From the NCBI GenBank assembly GCA_044222185.1, contig JBGANV010000003.1:768001-832000 (forward strand): a stretch of 64,000 nt of DNA. The letters run 5' to 3'. The number at the start of each line of letters is the position of its first letter. Position 1 is the first letter of the stretch. This document shows, piece after piece, positions 42,187-50,620 of the stretch. A program made the translations under genes and the position numbers. The notes below the pieces were generated by a model, which was not told where the DNA came from, did no database searches, and worked only from the letters and a program-made list of their open reading frames with translations. Origin of the DNA: Planctomycetota bacterium (lineage in GTDB: Bacteria; Planctomycetota; GCA-002687715; CAIWVZ01).

Positions 42187-43851
42187 TCAGCCGAGCAGGC
42201 GCGCGACGAGCAGGGCGAAATCATCCCGCAGGTAATCGGAGCCCAGCCAGTGGGCTTCGACCGCGGCGAGGAGCGCGCCCGTGAGATCCTTCGACGCACC
42301 GGCGGCATGGCGTCGCACGATCTCCTTCACGGCAGGAAGTCCGAAGAACTGCCCTGCGCGGTTGCGCGCCTCGACGATGCCGTCGGTGTAGAGCACGATC
42401 ACCGACCCGGGGGCCAAGGCCAGGTCGCGCTCCCCGTACTCGACGTCCTCGATGATTCCGAGCGGCGGGCCAGACGCCACCAGCTCGACGAATGCGTCCG
42501 TGGCGGGGTCGTACACGAGCGCTGGATTGTGCCCCGCCGACGCGAACGACAGCGTGTGTTTCTCCGCGTCGAGAAGCACGCAGCAAGCCGTGGCAAACAT
42601 GGCTCGATCGGTGCGGATCCCCAGGAGCTGATTGCAGTCGGCGAGTACGCGGTTCGGTGTGGTGCTTCCAAGGAGCAGCGACCGGAAGAACGACATCGTT
42701 CGCGCCATGAATAGCGCTGCCGCCACGCTCTTGCCCGACACGTCGCCGAGCACCAGCGCGACGCGTCCGCCGTCGACGGGGCGGCAATCGTAGAAGTCGC
42801 CGCCCACCTGTTTCGACGGGCGATACGCCCAGTCGATGTCGACGCCCGGATGGCGGAAGGAATCGTCGGGCAGCAGCCCCAGCTGGATTTCGCCGGCGAT
42901 TTCCAAATCGCGTTGGAGCTTCTCACGGTCGCGGGCCTCGCTCATGAGCCGCGCGTTCTCGATGGCGACGGCCGCCAGGCCGGCGAACGCGCCGAAGAAG
43001 TCCAGATCCGACTCCGTGTACAGGCGCGCTCGCCCCGGATAGTCCGCGTAGAGTGCACCGACGACGCGGTTCTGGACGAGGAGCGGAGCGCAGATCGCAG
43101 CCCGGATGTTCATCATCAGGATGCTCTGCGCGTGGTTGTAGTGGTCGTCCTTGTGTGCGTCCTCGATGATGCGCGGCTTCTTGCTCCGGATGACGTCCTG
43201 GATGATGTGCTGGCTGCAGACCGTGGAGAGCTCGCGCTTGTCCGATTCGGGCCGGAGCACCTGGGCGCGAAGCGAACCGTCCGGCTCGAGGAGCGCGACG
43301 GCCGCACGCTTCACGGGGAGGATCTGGAAGAGATGCTCCATCACGCGCTCAAGAAGCTGGTTCAGCTCCATGGCACCGCTGAGGCTCTTGCCGGCTTCGA
43401 TCAGCAGCGCGAGACGGTGCTGGTCGATGTTGCGATACGCCGTCGGGCTCGGGTCGAGGCGCAGCCCCGAGCTGGAGTCTCCGCCCACGCTCGTGTCCGT
43501 GGAACGCCCCGTCGAAGTGACGTCCAGGGGATCCGAGATGGGGATCATGCCCGTCTGACCGGCGCGGCGACCGATGCGGACCCGCACCATGCCGACCTGC
43601 ATCTCGTCACCACCGGTGAGCTTCGCGTGCGGAACCTTCTTGGCGCCGACCCACACGCCGTTCGCGGAGTGGAGGTCGAGCACCTCGAGGCCGGTTGCCG
43701 TCCCGACGACGCGACAATGGCGGCGCGAGACCGATCGTTCGTCGACGACGATGTCCGCGGTCGGATCGCGACCCATCACGAGTTCCTTGCCGATGGGAAC
43801 CTCGTGCCGCGCAATCTCACGGTCATCGACGACGACGTGCAGCGTCCACAT
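42187..43851 (-). CDS. FHA-GAF-PP2C (SpoIIE/RsbU-like) phosphatase
   Basis: FHA: GR, SVSRRH, SANG. GAF: ICAPL...GALYAD. PP2C: VGGDFYD, GDVSGK, YTDGIVEA, DDF. Confidence 0.93.
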   Translation of the reverse strand: MWTLHVVVDDREIARHEVPIGKELVMGRDPTADIVVDERSVSRRHCRVVGTATGLEVLDLHSANGVWVGAKKVPHAKLTGGDEMQVGMVRVRIGRRAGQTGMIPISDPLDVTSTGRSTDTSVGGDSSSGLRLDPSPTAYRNIDQHRLALLIEAGKSLSGAMELNQLLERVMEHLFQILPVKRAAVALLEPDGSLRAQVLRPESDKRELSTVCSQHIIQDVIRSKKPRIIEDAHKDDHYNHAQSILMMNIRAAICAPLLVQNRVVGALYADYPGRARLYTESDLDFFGAFAGLAAVAIENARLMSEARDREKLQRDLEIAGEIQLGLLPDDSFRHPGVDIDWAYRPSKQVGGDFYDCRPVDGGRVALVLGDVSGKSVAAALFMARTMSFFRSLLLGSTTPNRVLADCNQLLGIRTDRAMFATACCVLLDAEKHTLSFASAGHNPALVYDPATDAFVELVASGPPLGIIEDVEYGERDLALAPGSVIVLYTDGIVEARNRAGQFFGLPAVKEIVRRHAAGASKDLTGALLAAVEAHWLGSDYLRDDFALLVARLLG

Positions 43852-43954
43852 TCTGGGGCGCTATTCTCGCGGAGCGGTCGACGACGGCAAGCTCGATCAC
43901 GACGAACCGGAGCGATTCCGTGCCGTTGCCAAGCGACCGTCTCGACCGGAACTG

Positions 43955-44818
43955 TCAGGTTTCCGCGTCGTCGGCCGCCGCTGGAGCGACCGCAGCCTTC
44001 GGCGCCTCCTCCTCCGCATCGGCCGATTGGATCTCCCAAACCTGAAAATCGTTCGCGAGATGCGTGCGCGAGAAGACGCGGGCGGCCTCGACGAGCATCC
44101 GCTCGAGGCGGGCCTCGTCGTAGCGCGGATTCAGATGCCCGAGAATCAGGTCCTTCACCTGGGCGTCCCGAGCAATTTGCGCGGCGCCGTTCGCCGTCCC
44201 GTGGATGCGCAGGTCCTCGTGGCCGGAGGCTTCGTCCTCCGAATCGAGCCACGCGTCGTGGACGAGCACGGCGGCCTTCGACGCGAACGTCGCCGTTTCA
44301 GGACGGCAGGTCGTGTCCGACACGTAGCAGACGTCCCGGACGCGGAAGCCGATCGTCGGATCGGAGTGCGGCTGGCCGATGACCTCCACGGTCTCCCCGG
44401 CGACGCGGTTCCGCCCGACCGAAAGCTCGACGAGCTTGAACCCGTTCGGAAAGCGACCGGGCCACGTCACGATGGGATGAGGGAGAAGCGGCGCTCCGCT
44501 GTACCGCCCCAGGATCTCGTTCGCCGTCACGCCCGTGACGGAGGCCGGCGGCGCCGCGAGCGTGACGTCGTGGTCCCGCAGGAAGTGCGGGAGGTAGTGC
44601 AACCCCTCGATGTGGTCGTGGTGGTAGTGCGAAAGCAGCACGAGGGCGCGCGGAACACGCCGCAGCACGGCCTGCATCATGGGGTCCGACAGCCGGCAAA
44701 GCCCCACTCCTGCGTCCAGGAAGATGAGGCATCGGCGGGTCTCGATGAGGAAGGAATTCGTGCTTCTCCTGGGCGTCGGGATCCATCCGCCGCCGCCGAG
44801 GACGTAGAGACGTGGCAT
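43955..44818 (-). CDS. MBL-fold metallohydrolase (RNase Z-like)
   Basis: LDAGVG, SHYHHDH, PHS, SDT, VHDA, HGT, LGHL. Confidence 0.9.
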   Translation of the reverse strand: MPRLYVLGGGGWIPTPRRSTNSFLIETRRCLIFLDAGVGLCRLSDPMMQAVLRRVPRALVLLSHYHHDHIEGLHYLPHFLRDHDVTLAAPPASVTGVTANEILGRYSGAPLLPHPIVTWPGRFPNGFKLVELSVGRNRVAGETVEVIGQPHSDPTIGFRVRDVCYVSDTTCRPETATFASKAAVLVHDAWLDSEDEASGHEDLRIHGTANGAAQIARDAQVKDLILGHLNPRYDEARLERMLVEAARVFSRTHLANDFQVWEIQSADAEEEAPKAAVAPAAADDAET

Positions 44819-44961
44819 CGTGCAACTCCTGAGCTTTCGGCCATTCTGCCGAGTCGCGACGCCGGGTCCAGCTTCGCGAAAACGTTGCCCGCATTTCCCG
44901 CGGGTGCTACTCCCGACGCGGAGCGGGTTCTCGAACCCCTCGGACCAGCAAGAGCCAAGCC

Positions 44962-45744
44962 ATGAGCAACATCAAGAACATCGTTGCCGTCGCCGCCGGA
45001 AAGGGCGGTGTCGGCAAATCCACGGTCGCCGCGAACCTCGCCGCCGGCCTCGCCAGGACCGGGGCCCGCGTCGGATGTCTGGACGCCGACATCTACGGTC
45101 CGTCGATCCCGCTGATGTTCGGTGTCAACGAGCGCCCGCAGGTCCGCGAATGCGAGGACGGCCGCAAGCTGATCCTTCCCATCGTGGCGCACGACGTCCG
45201 GCTGATCTCCGTCGGCTTCCTCATCGAGCCGGACAAGGCCGTGATCTGGCGCGGGCCCATGCTCCACGGCGCCTTGCGGCAGTTCTTCAACGACGTGGAA
45301 TGGGGGGATCTCGACTACCTCATCGTCGACCTTCCCCCGGGCACCGGCGACGTGGCCCTCACCATGGCGCAGCAGGCACCGGTGACGGGCGCGGTCCTCG
45401 TCGCGACTCCGCAGGCCGTGGCGCTGGCCGACGTGAGGAAGGCCTATGCCATGTTCCAGACGACGGGGATTCCCGTCCTGGGACTCGTCGAGAACATGAC
45501 GGGACCGGTGTTCGGACAGGGTGGCGCCCGCGAGTGGGCCAAGCAGACCGGCATCCGCTTCCTCGGGGAGCTGCCTCTGGACCCGCCGATCCGCGTCGCC
45601 GGAGACAATGGGGCCCCGGCCGTCCTGGACGCAAACCCGGCGATCTCGGGCCCGTTCAAGAAGCTCTGTCAGGAGCTCATCGCGGCCGTCGATACGCGGA
45701 ATGCGGAGGCGCCGACGGTCAAACCGATCTCGATCAACAGGTAG
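44962..45744 (+). CDS. mrp: Mrp/ApbC/NBP35 family P-loop ATPase lacking the C-terminal CxxC
   Basis: GKGGVGKST, DADIYGPS, VIWRGPM, DLPPGTGD, TPQ, VENM. Confidence 0.93.
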   Translation: MSNIKNIVAVAAGKGGVGKSTVAANLAAGLARTGARVGCLDADIYGPSIPLMFGVNERPQVRECEDGRKLILPIVAHDVRLISVGFLIEPDKAVIWRGPMLHGALRQFFNDVEWGDLDYLIVDLPPGTGDVALTMAQQAPVTGAVLVATPQAVALADVRKAYAMFQTTGIPVLGLVENMTGPVFGQGGAREWAKQTGIRFLGELPLDPPIRVAGDNGAPAVLDANPAISGPFKKLCQELIAAVDTRNAEAPTVKPISINR

Positions 45745-45777
45745 CTCGCGCGGGCGCCTGCGGGCCGGCGCGTCGCC

Positions 45778-46155
45778 TCACTTCTGGGCGAACCACTCGG
45801 CGACGCGCTCGAACTCCGTCGCCAGGGCCTGTCCGATGTCGGCCCTGACGCACTCCCCCAGCCGACCGGCCGCTTCGATCGTCGTCGCCAAGGTGCGAAG
45901 CCCCTCCGCGCCGACGCTTGCGGCCGCGGACTTGAGCGCGTGGGCCTCACGGGTGATGACACCGACGTCGCGGTTGGCCAGGCTCCCGACGATCAAGCCG
46001 ATGCGCTCGCGGGCGTCCGTCAGGAACGTCCCGACAACTTCGGTGACGAACTCGTCCCCGCCCATCTCGCGCAACTCATCCAGCTTCGCCTGGATCACCG
46101 GCGCAGGTGCCTTCACCGCTGAAGCCCCGGCGCCTTCGAAGTTTCGGTCCGACAT
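45778..46155 (-). CDS. Stand-alone Hpt domain protein
   Basis: AHALKSAAASVGA phosphotransfer motif; GAGGT RBS. Confidence 0.9.
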   Translation of the reverse strand: MSDRNFEGAGASAVKAPAPVIQAKLDELREMGGDEFVTEVVGTFLTDARERIGLIVGSLANRDVGVITREAHALKSAAASVGAEGLRTLATTIEAAGRLGECVRADIGQALATEFERVAEWFAQK

Positions 46156-46246
46156 GACTTTGAACTACCTCGACTCAGTGCGCGAGAAGCCGTGCCGAGC
46201 CGCTCCGGCCTCGGCGTTCCAACTGCCTACGGTTCTTGCACGACCT

Positions 46247-46276
46247 CTATCGGACACGGGCCGCCGGAAGCGTGAG
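46247..46276 (-). promoter_or_regulatory. Possible sigma28/FliA-type promoter upstream of the Hpt gene
   Basis: CTCACG-16 nt-TCCGATAG on the minus strand, an imperfect match to TAAA-N15/16-GCCGATAA. Confidence 0.3.
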
Positions 46277-46414
46277 AATTTCGCACGCTGACGGCAGCCA
46301 AACCCCTGCGAGACCTCAATTTCCAAAACCGACGCGGGGCGGCAGTGCGCGGGATCGCACGGCCTGCGCGGCCCGACCGACCGAGCGCAGACCAAGCCGC
46401 GGTCGAGGATTGTG

Positions 46415-47206
46415 TCAGGACCGGACCCGGTACTGCTTGCGGAGGACGACCCACACCCCCGCGATCGTCGAGACGAGGATCGTCGCCACGATGGCCGTCA
46501 GGGCGTCCGTCGCGGTTCCATACCTGGCGCCGGCATCGGCGGCGAGCCCCATCCAGAACGGCCGGTCGTCGTTCACGAGGAGGCAGCGCAGCTGGTACTG
46601 GATCGACAGGTGTGAGGTCGTGCCGGGAAGGTTCGTGAGCACCCCTTCGACGGCGAATGCGTAACCGAGTCCGACGACCATCGGGTGTTCGAAACATGCG
46701 CTCGTGGCCGCAAAAATCGCCCCGTAGCACAGCCCGCCGAGGACGGCCGGTCGCAGGACCTGTCCTGCGAGGGCAGCCGGAACCGCGCCCCCCGACGTCT
46801 GATTCACCCGAACGACGGCGAACAACGCCAGTGCCCCGATTGCCACCACCGCGACGACGATCGTCACGGAGGCCACCGCTCTTCCGAGGAAGAACGCTGC
46901 GCGCGACACGGGGCGCGTGAAGACGTAGGAGATCGTCCGGTCGGCGACTTCCTCCGCCACGACGGCCGACCCGGCGATGACTGCGACGAGCGGCACGATC
47001 ACCTGCAGGAGCACGAACCAACTCACGGAGGCGACGACGCGCGTGGCGTCGACCCGTGGCCGAAACTCCGACAAGAGGAAGACGGGCACGGACGGGGCCA
47101 ATGCCAGCAGGAACATCACCAGCGCGCGACGGGATCGCGTGGTTCGACGGAGAGACGTCGTGAACGTCAGGGCGAGGGCGCGGAGGAAGGCACTCATGCT
47201 CATCAT
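46415..47206 (-). CDS. ABC-2 type permease
   Basis: EEVADRTISYVFTRPVSR motif; about 6 TM; ATGA overlap. Confidence 0.88.
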   Translation of the reverse strand: MMSMSAFLRALALTFTTSLRRTTRSRRALVMFLLALAPSVPVFLLSEFRPRVDATRVVASVSWFVLLQVIVPLVAVIAGSAVVAEEVADRTISYVFTRPVSRAAFFLGRAVASVTIVVAVVAIGALALFAVVRVNQTSGGAVPAALAGQVLRPAVLGGLCYGAIFAATSACFEHPMVVGLGYAFAVEGVLTNLPGTTSHLSIQYQLRCLLVNDDRPFWMGLAADAGARYGTATDALTAIVATILVSTIAGVWVVLRKQYRVRS

Positions 47207-48123
47207 CCCACGAGGTAGTCGAAGACCGCCTCGAGACCACTGTCCGTCGTTTCGAACCCGAACACGCCGGGCTTCACGCTCCGAACGATGGACGGCAACG
47301 CACGCTGAAGCGCCACCAGGTCTCGTGTCTCGATGAAGATCTCGTCGCTGCCGTCGACGCGCACGCTCACCACGCCCGGCACCTCCCAGATCGGGCCGCC
47401 GAGGTCCCGCGGCGAACGAGCCCGTATGGTCACCCGCCGCGGATGGCGTCCGAGAAGCTCGCGGATTTCTGGGACCGCGCCGTGCGCGAGGATCCGGCCG
47501 CGATGGATCAGGAGGATGCGTTCGGTGAGCGCTTCGATCTCGTGGAGGATGTGCGACGAGATGAGGATGTTGGCGCCACCGCGCGCGAGTTCGCGGAACA
47601 ATTCGAGGAAGTGCACGCGGGCGAGCGGATCGAGCCCCAAGAGTGGCTCGTCGACGATCAGGAGGCGGGGCGAATGGGCGATCGCTTGGGCCAGCTTGGC
47701 TCGCTGGCGCATGCCCTTCGAGTAGCCGCCGATGCGCCGGTCGGCCGCCGAGCCCAGCCCGACGCGCTCGATGGCGACGTCCGCAAGATCGCGGGCCCGC
47801 CCGGACGAGAACCCGTGGAAGCGCATCATGAGCCCGACGAACTCCCGCGCGGTCATGTCGTCGTAGAGGGCTTCGTGTTCGGGCGCGTACCCGAGGTCGG
47901 CATAGAGCGCGCGGTTCGCGAATGGCTCGAGTCCCAGCACGCGCAGCGTTCCCCGCGATGGGCGGAGCTGGCCCGTGATGAGCTTCATGAAGGTGGACTT
48001 CCCCGCCCCGTTCGGACCGAGGAGCCCAGTGATGCCTCCGCCCACCGTCGCCGTGAGCCCGTTGACTCCGAGGACCTGGCCATACCAGTGCGCGAGGCCG
48101 TCCGCCTCCAGGGTCGCCGTCAT
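47203..48123 (-). CDS. ABC transporter ATP-binding protein
   Basis: GPNGAGKST, YSKGMRQR, DEP, SSHIL. Confidence 0.95.
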   Translation of the reverse strand: MTATLEADGLAHWYGQVLGVNGLTATVGGGITGLLGPNGAGKSTFMKLITGQLRPSRGTLRVLGLEPFANRALYADLGYAPEHEALYDDMTAREFVGLMMRFHGFSSGRARDLADVAIERVGLGSAADRRIGGYSKGMRQRAKLAQAIAHSPRLLIVDEPLLGLDPLARVHFLELFRELARGGANILISSHILHEIEALTERILLIHRGRILAHGAVPEIRELLGRHPRRVTIRARSPRDLGGPIWEVPGVVSVRVDGSDEIFIETRDLVALQRALPSIVRSVKPGVFGFETTDSGLEAVFDYLVG

Positions 48124-49016
48124 GCGACGACCTCGAGACGACGCACGCGCCACGCGACGACGGCCGCGGCGACCACCATGACGCCACCGAGCACCGCGAT
48201 GGAGTGCTCGACGGGCCAGCCGTACCACGCATCCGGACGATCGATGGCCTCGTACCCGACGCGGGCCAGGTCCACGAACGGGCTCAAGAGCCGCCATTCC
48301 GTGTCCTCGCTGAATCGCCACATGGCCGTCCCGACGCCGTGCGGGATGAGCATCACTCCGAACGTCGCAGCCAGGGCGAACACCTTGCGCGTCGCGACGC
48401 TCGACGCCACCAGGACGATCAGCGAATAGAACGCCGCCACGAGGATGCCGTAGGCGAGGGTTCCGACGATGACGCCGCCGTCTTCAGTCACGAAGGCCCA
48501 GTCGGGTGACGAGAACGCCGCCGTCGTGCAGATGACGAGTCCGGGGGCGATCGTGCAGAGCCCGGAGAAGAAGAACACGGTGAGGAAGCGGGCGACGAGG
48601 TAATCCAGACGCGTGATCGGCCTGGAGAAGAGGAGGAGGTGCGTGCCGTTGCGCCGGTCGTCGATCAGCAGGCCGGCGCCGTACCACGCGGCAGCCAGCA
48701 GGCCGAACATCCGCGTGAACTTGAAGAGCTCGGCGAGCTGCCCTCGCGTTTCGAAGAGCTTCGCGGCCATTCCCGCCGCAAGCCGCCCCGCGAAGCCCGG
48801 AGGCGCATGGCCCAGCACGTTGCCCTCCTCCAGTGCGAACCGCGCGTACACGTTGAACGAGAAGATCACGGTCCAGATCGCGGGGATGGTGTAGATCGCG
48901 ATCAGCGCGATCTTCTTGCGACAGCCCGCGCGGACCGCCACCACGAGCAGGGGCCAGAAACGCAGGCGCAGCGAACGCAGACGGCCGGCGTACGGCCGAT
49001 AGGTCTCCGCCGTCAT
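48120..49016 (-). CDS. ABC-2 type permease
   Basis: DDRRNGTHLLLFSRPITRLDY motif; about 6 TM; ATGA overlap. Confidence 0.88.
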   Translation of the reverse strand: MTAETYRPYAGRLRSLRLRFWPLLVVAVRAGCRKKIALIAIYTIPAIWTVIFSFNVYARFALEEGNVLGHAPPGFAGRLAAGMAAKLFETRGQLAELFKFTRMFGLLAAAWYGAGLLIDDRRNGTHLLLFSRPITRLDYLVARFLTVFFFSGLCTIAPGLVICTTAAFSSPDWAFVTEDGGVIVGTLAYGILVAAFYSLIVLVASSVATRKVFALAATFGVMLIPHGVGTAMWRFSEDTEWRLLSPFVDLARVGYEAIDRPDAWYGWPVEHSIAVLGGVMVVAAAVVAWRVRRLEVVA

Positions 49017-49990
49017 GGTCGCGCCCGTCCCTCCCCCATGCGAAGGGCGCCGAGGAAGACGTCCTCGAGGGTTCGGCGCACGGGAGTCACGGACGTGACC
49101 GTGACTCCGCACTCGGCCGCAGCCGCGAAGATGCAATCCGCGTCCGTGGACCCGTCCGGGAGCCTGACTCTCAGGCCGGCGGGCACTTTCACGGCCTCCG
49201 TCCCGGACTCGACGAACCGGTGCAGGACGGCGTCCGCGTCGCCGCCGAACGAGGCGTCCACCCAGGTTCCCTCCGATCGTGTGATCGCCGTGATCTCGCC
49301 CTGGGCCGCCACGTCCCCGGCCGAGAGCACGATGACGTCGCGGCAGACCCGTTCGACGTCCGGAAGGAGGTGCGAACACAAGAGGAGGCTCTTGCCGTGA
49401 GTTCCCGCGAGGTCGGCGACGAGCTCGAGCATCTGTAGCCGCCCCTTCGGATCCAGCCCGTTCGTGGGCTCGTCGAGCAAGAGGATCGGCGGATCGTGGA
49501 CCAGCGCCTGGGCGAGCTTGAGCCGTTGCTTCAAGCCCGTGCTGTAGGTCTGACAGTCGCGGTATCGGACTTCCTCGAGCCCGGCATAGAACAGCACGTC
49601 GTGGGCCCGCGTCATGGCGTCCGTCGGCGAAAGGCCGCTCACGCGTCCGAGAAAGCTCACGAGTTCGACGCCACTCATCCCGGCGATGAGGCAATCGCTC
49701 TCCGGCATGTATCCGACGGAGCGTCGCAAGAGCAAGCGCTGCTCGCGGACGGATGGGTCGTGGCCGGCGACGCGGACTTCGCCGCTCGTCGGCGTGACGA
49801 GCCCGAGGAGGACCCGGAGCAGCGTCGTCTTCCCCGCGCCGTTCGGCCCGAGGAGTCCCGTGGACCCCGGGCGGAGCGTGAGCGAGACCGCCTTCAGGGC
49901 GCGCGTCGCTCCGAAGTCCACGGTCAGGTTCCGGACGGAGACCAACGCGTCCGTCGGGGATCTCGCAGGGGTGGGTTCGACACGCTTCAT
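49013..49990 (-). CDS. ABC transporter ATP-binding protein
   Basis: GPNGAGKTT, YSTGLKQR, LDEPTNGLDP, CSHLL. Confidence 0.95.
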   Translation of the reverse strand: MKRVEPTPARSPTDALVSVRNLTVDFGATRALKAVSLTLRPGSTGLLGPNGAGKTTLLRVLLGLVTPTSGEVRVAGHDPSVREQRLLLRRSVGYMPESDCLIAGMSGVELVSFLGRVSGLSPTDAMTRAHDVLFYAGLEEVRYRDCQTYSTGLKQRLKLAQALVHDPPILLLDEPTNGLDPKGRLQMLELVADLAGTHGKSLLLCSHLLPDVERVCRDVIVLSAGDVAAQGEITAITRSEGTWVDASFGGDADAVLHRFVESGTEAVKVPAGLRVRLPDGSTDADCIFAAAAECGVTVTSVTPVRRTLEDVFLGALRMGEGRARP

Positions 49991-50085
49991 CGGCGGGGGA
50001 CTCTATCCGAGAGTGGCGGCGGGCGGCGGTGACGGCGTGGCCGTAGCCGAGCCATTCGCACAGGCCTGTCGTTCTTCGCCGGTCT

Positions 50086-50571
50086 CTACGGCCTATGTGG
50101 CTGGCGCGTCGCTGCAGGAACTCCCCTCACGAAACCGATGTAGTCCGTGGGCGGTGGGACGCCGCCCCCACGCCGCAGGAGCCAGGCCACCTGGCCTCGG
50201 TGGTAGGCACCGTGCAGGCAGACGTGGAGGAGGATGTCCCCGATCGACGAGTCGAACTCGTCACCAGCGCTCGTCCGGTAATGGACCGTGCGCGTGAGGT
50301 CGCCGGGGGCGAGGGTCCCGAACGACTGGAGGAGTCCGTCCCGGTTTCGTGCGAGCACGGATGTGCATTCCGCCACACCGAGCTTGGGCCAGACCGCGAC
50401 CGTCGGCGGCCGCCCGTCGAGGCGCGCGAGCCAGACGTGCTCGGCCCCGAGCACGTGTCCCAGGAGCTCGAGCGCCGCGGGATCGGGTGACGCGGACGCC
50501 TTCAGCGCTTCGAGCACCGCACCGTCGGCCCACGCCATGTGATCGAGGGCGCGCTTGAGCAGTTCCATCAT
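50086..50571 (-). CDS. DinB/YfiT family protein
   Basis: HVLGAEHVWLARL, HVCLHGAYHRGQ, PPTDY. Confidence 0.9.
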   Translation of the reverse strand: MMELLKRALDHMAWADGAVLEALKASASPDPAALELLGHVLGAEHVWLARLDGRPPTVAVWPKLGVAECTSVLARNRDGLLQSFGTLAPGDLTRTVHYRTSAGDEFDSSIGDILLHVCLHGAYHRGQVAWLLRRGGGVPPPTDYIGFVRGVPAATRQPHRP

Positions 50572-50620
50572 GCGATTCCTCCGGCGGCCGGATGTTAGCC
50601 GCGAGGCACCGCGTCGCAGC

